The translations under genes and the position numbers were made by a program. Source: Geosiphon pyriformis uo1 (taxonomy: Eukaryota; Fungi; Glomeromycota). Taken from it: a DNA stretch of 6,796 nucleotides. Position 1 is the first letter of the stretch, and the number at the start of each line of letters is the position of its first letter. The DNA lies in the NCBI GenBank assembly GCA_016748015.1, contig JAAOMT010000126.1, positions 1-6,796 on the forward strand, read 5' to 3'. Below the pieces are notes generated by a model, which saw only the letters and a program-made list of their open reading frames with translations, was not told the origin of the DNA and did not search any database. Positions 6,680 through 6,796 of the stretch are shown here, piece by piece.

Positions 6680-6796
6680 AATATACTATGTCGAGAATTT
6701 CAGCAGTGGTGCAATATTTGATGTCTTTAGAGTGCTTGTTTAATTTTAAACAATTAGCAATATTTATTGTGTTCTTATAATAAAAACTTCGACAAT

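Overview
AT-rich, CpG-depleted eukaryotic transposon nest with no intact host gene. The core is a dead non-LTR retrotransposon (LINE) on the - strand, ~5725 to 1713: pyrimidine-rich 5' UTR, a short and probably internally deleted ORF1 (5590-5271), and ORF2 with APE endonuclease and reverse transcriptase. Its catalytic residues have been destroyed by G>A/C>T transitions. Two LTR insertions, both on the + strand, interrupt the LINE. The first is an 866-bp solo LTR at 2772-3637 (TGTTAC...GTAACA, 4-bp TSD GTAC) whose removal restores the ORF2 frame. The second is the 3' end of a larger LTR retrotransposon at 1-1712 (terminal ORF, polypurine tract, ~1554-bp LTR). The two LTRs share end motifs and an architecture of ~21-23-bp repeats, TAGWACTACAA and a TATA box. 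Both appear to hold decayed protein-coding frames inside the LTR, which is the most unusual and least certain observation. The right end (5730-6796) is very AT-rich, then CpG-retaining and promoter-like, with a C15 run. From memory the LINE peptides resemble repeats of Glomeromycotina fungi (Geosiphon pyriformis-like); that assignment is unverified. All translations and counts were done by hand.
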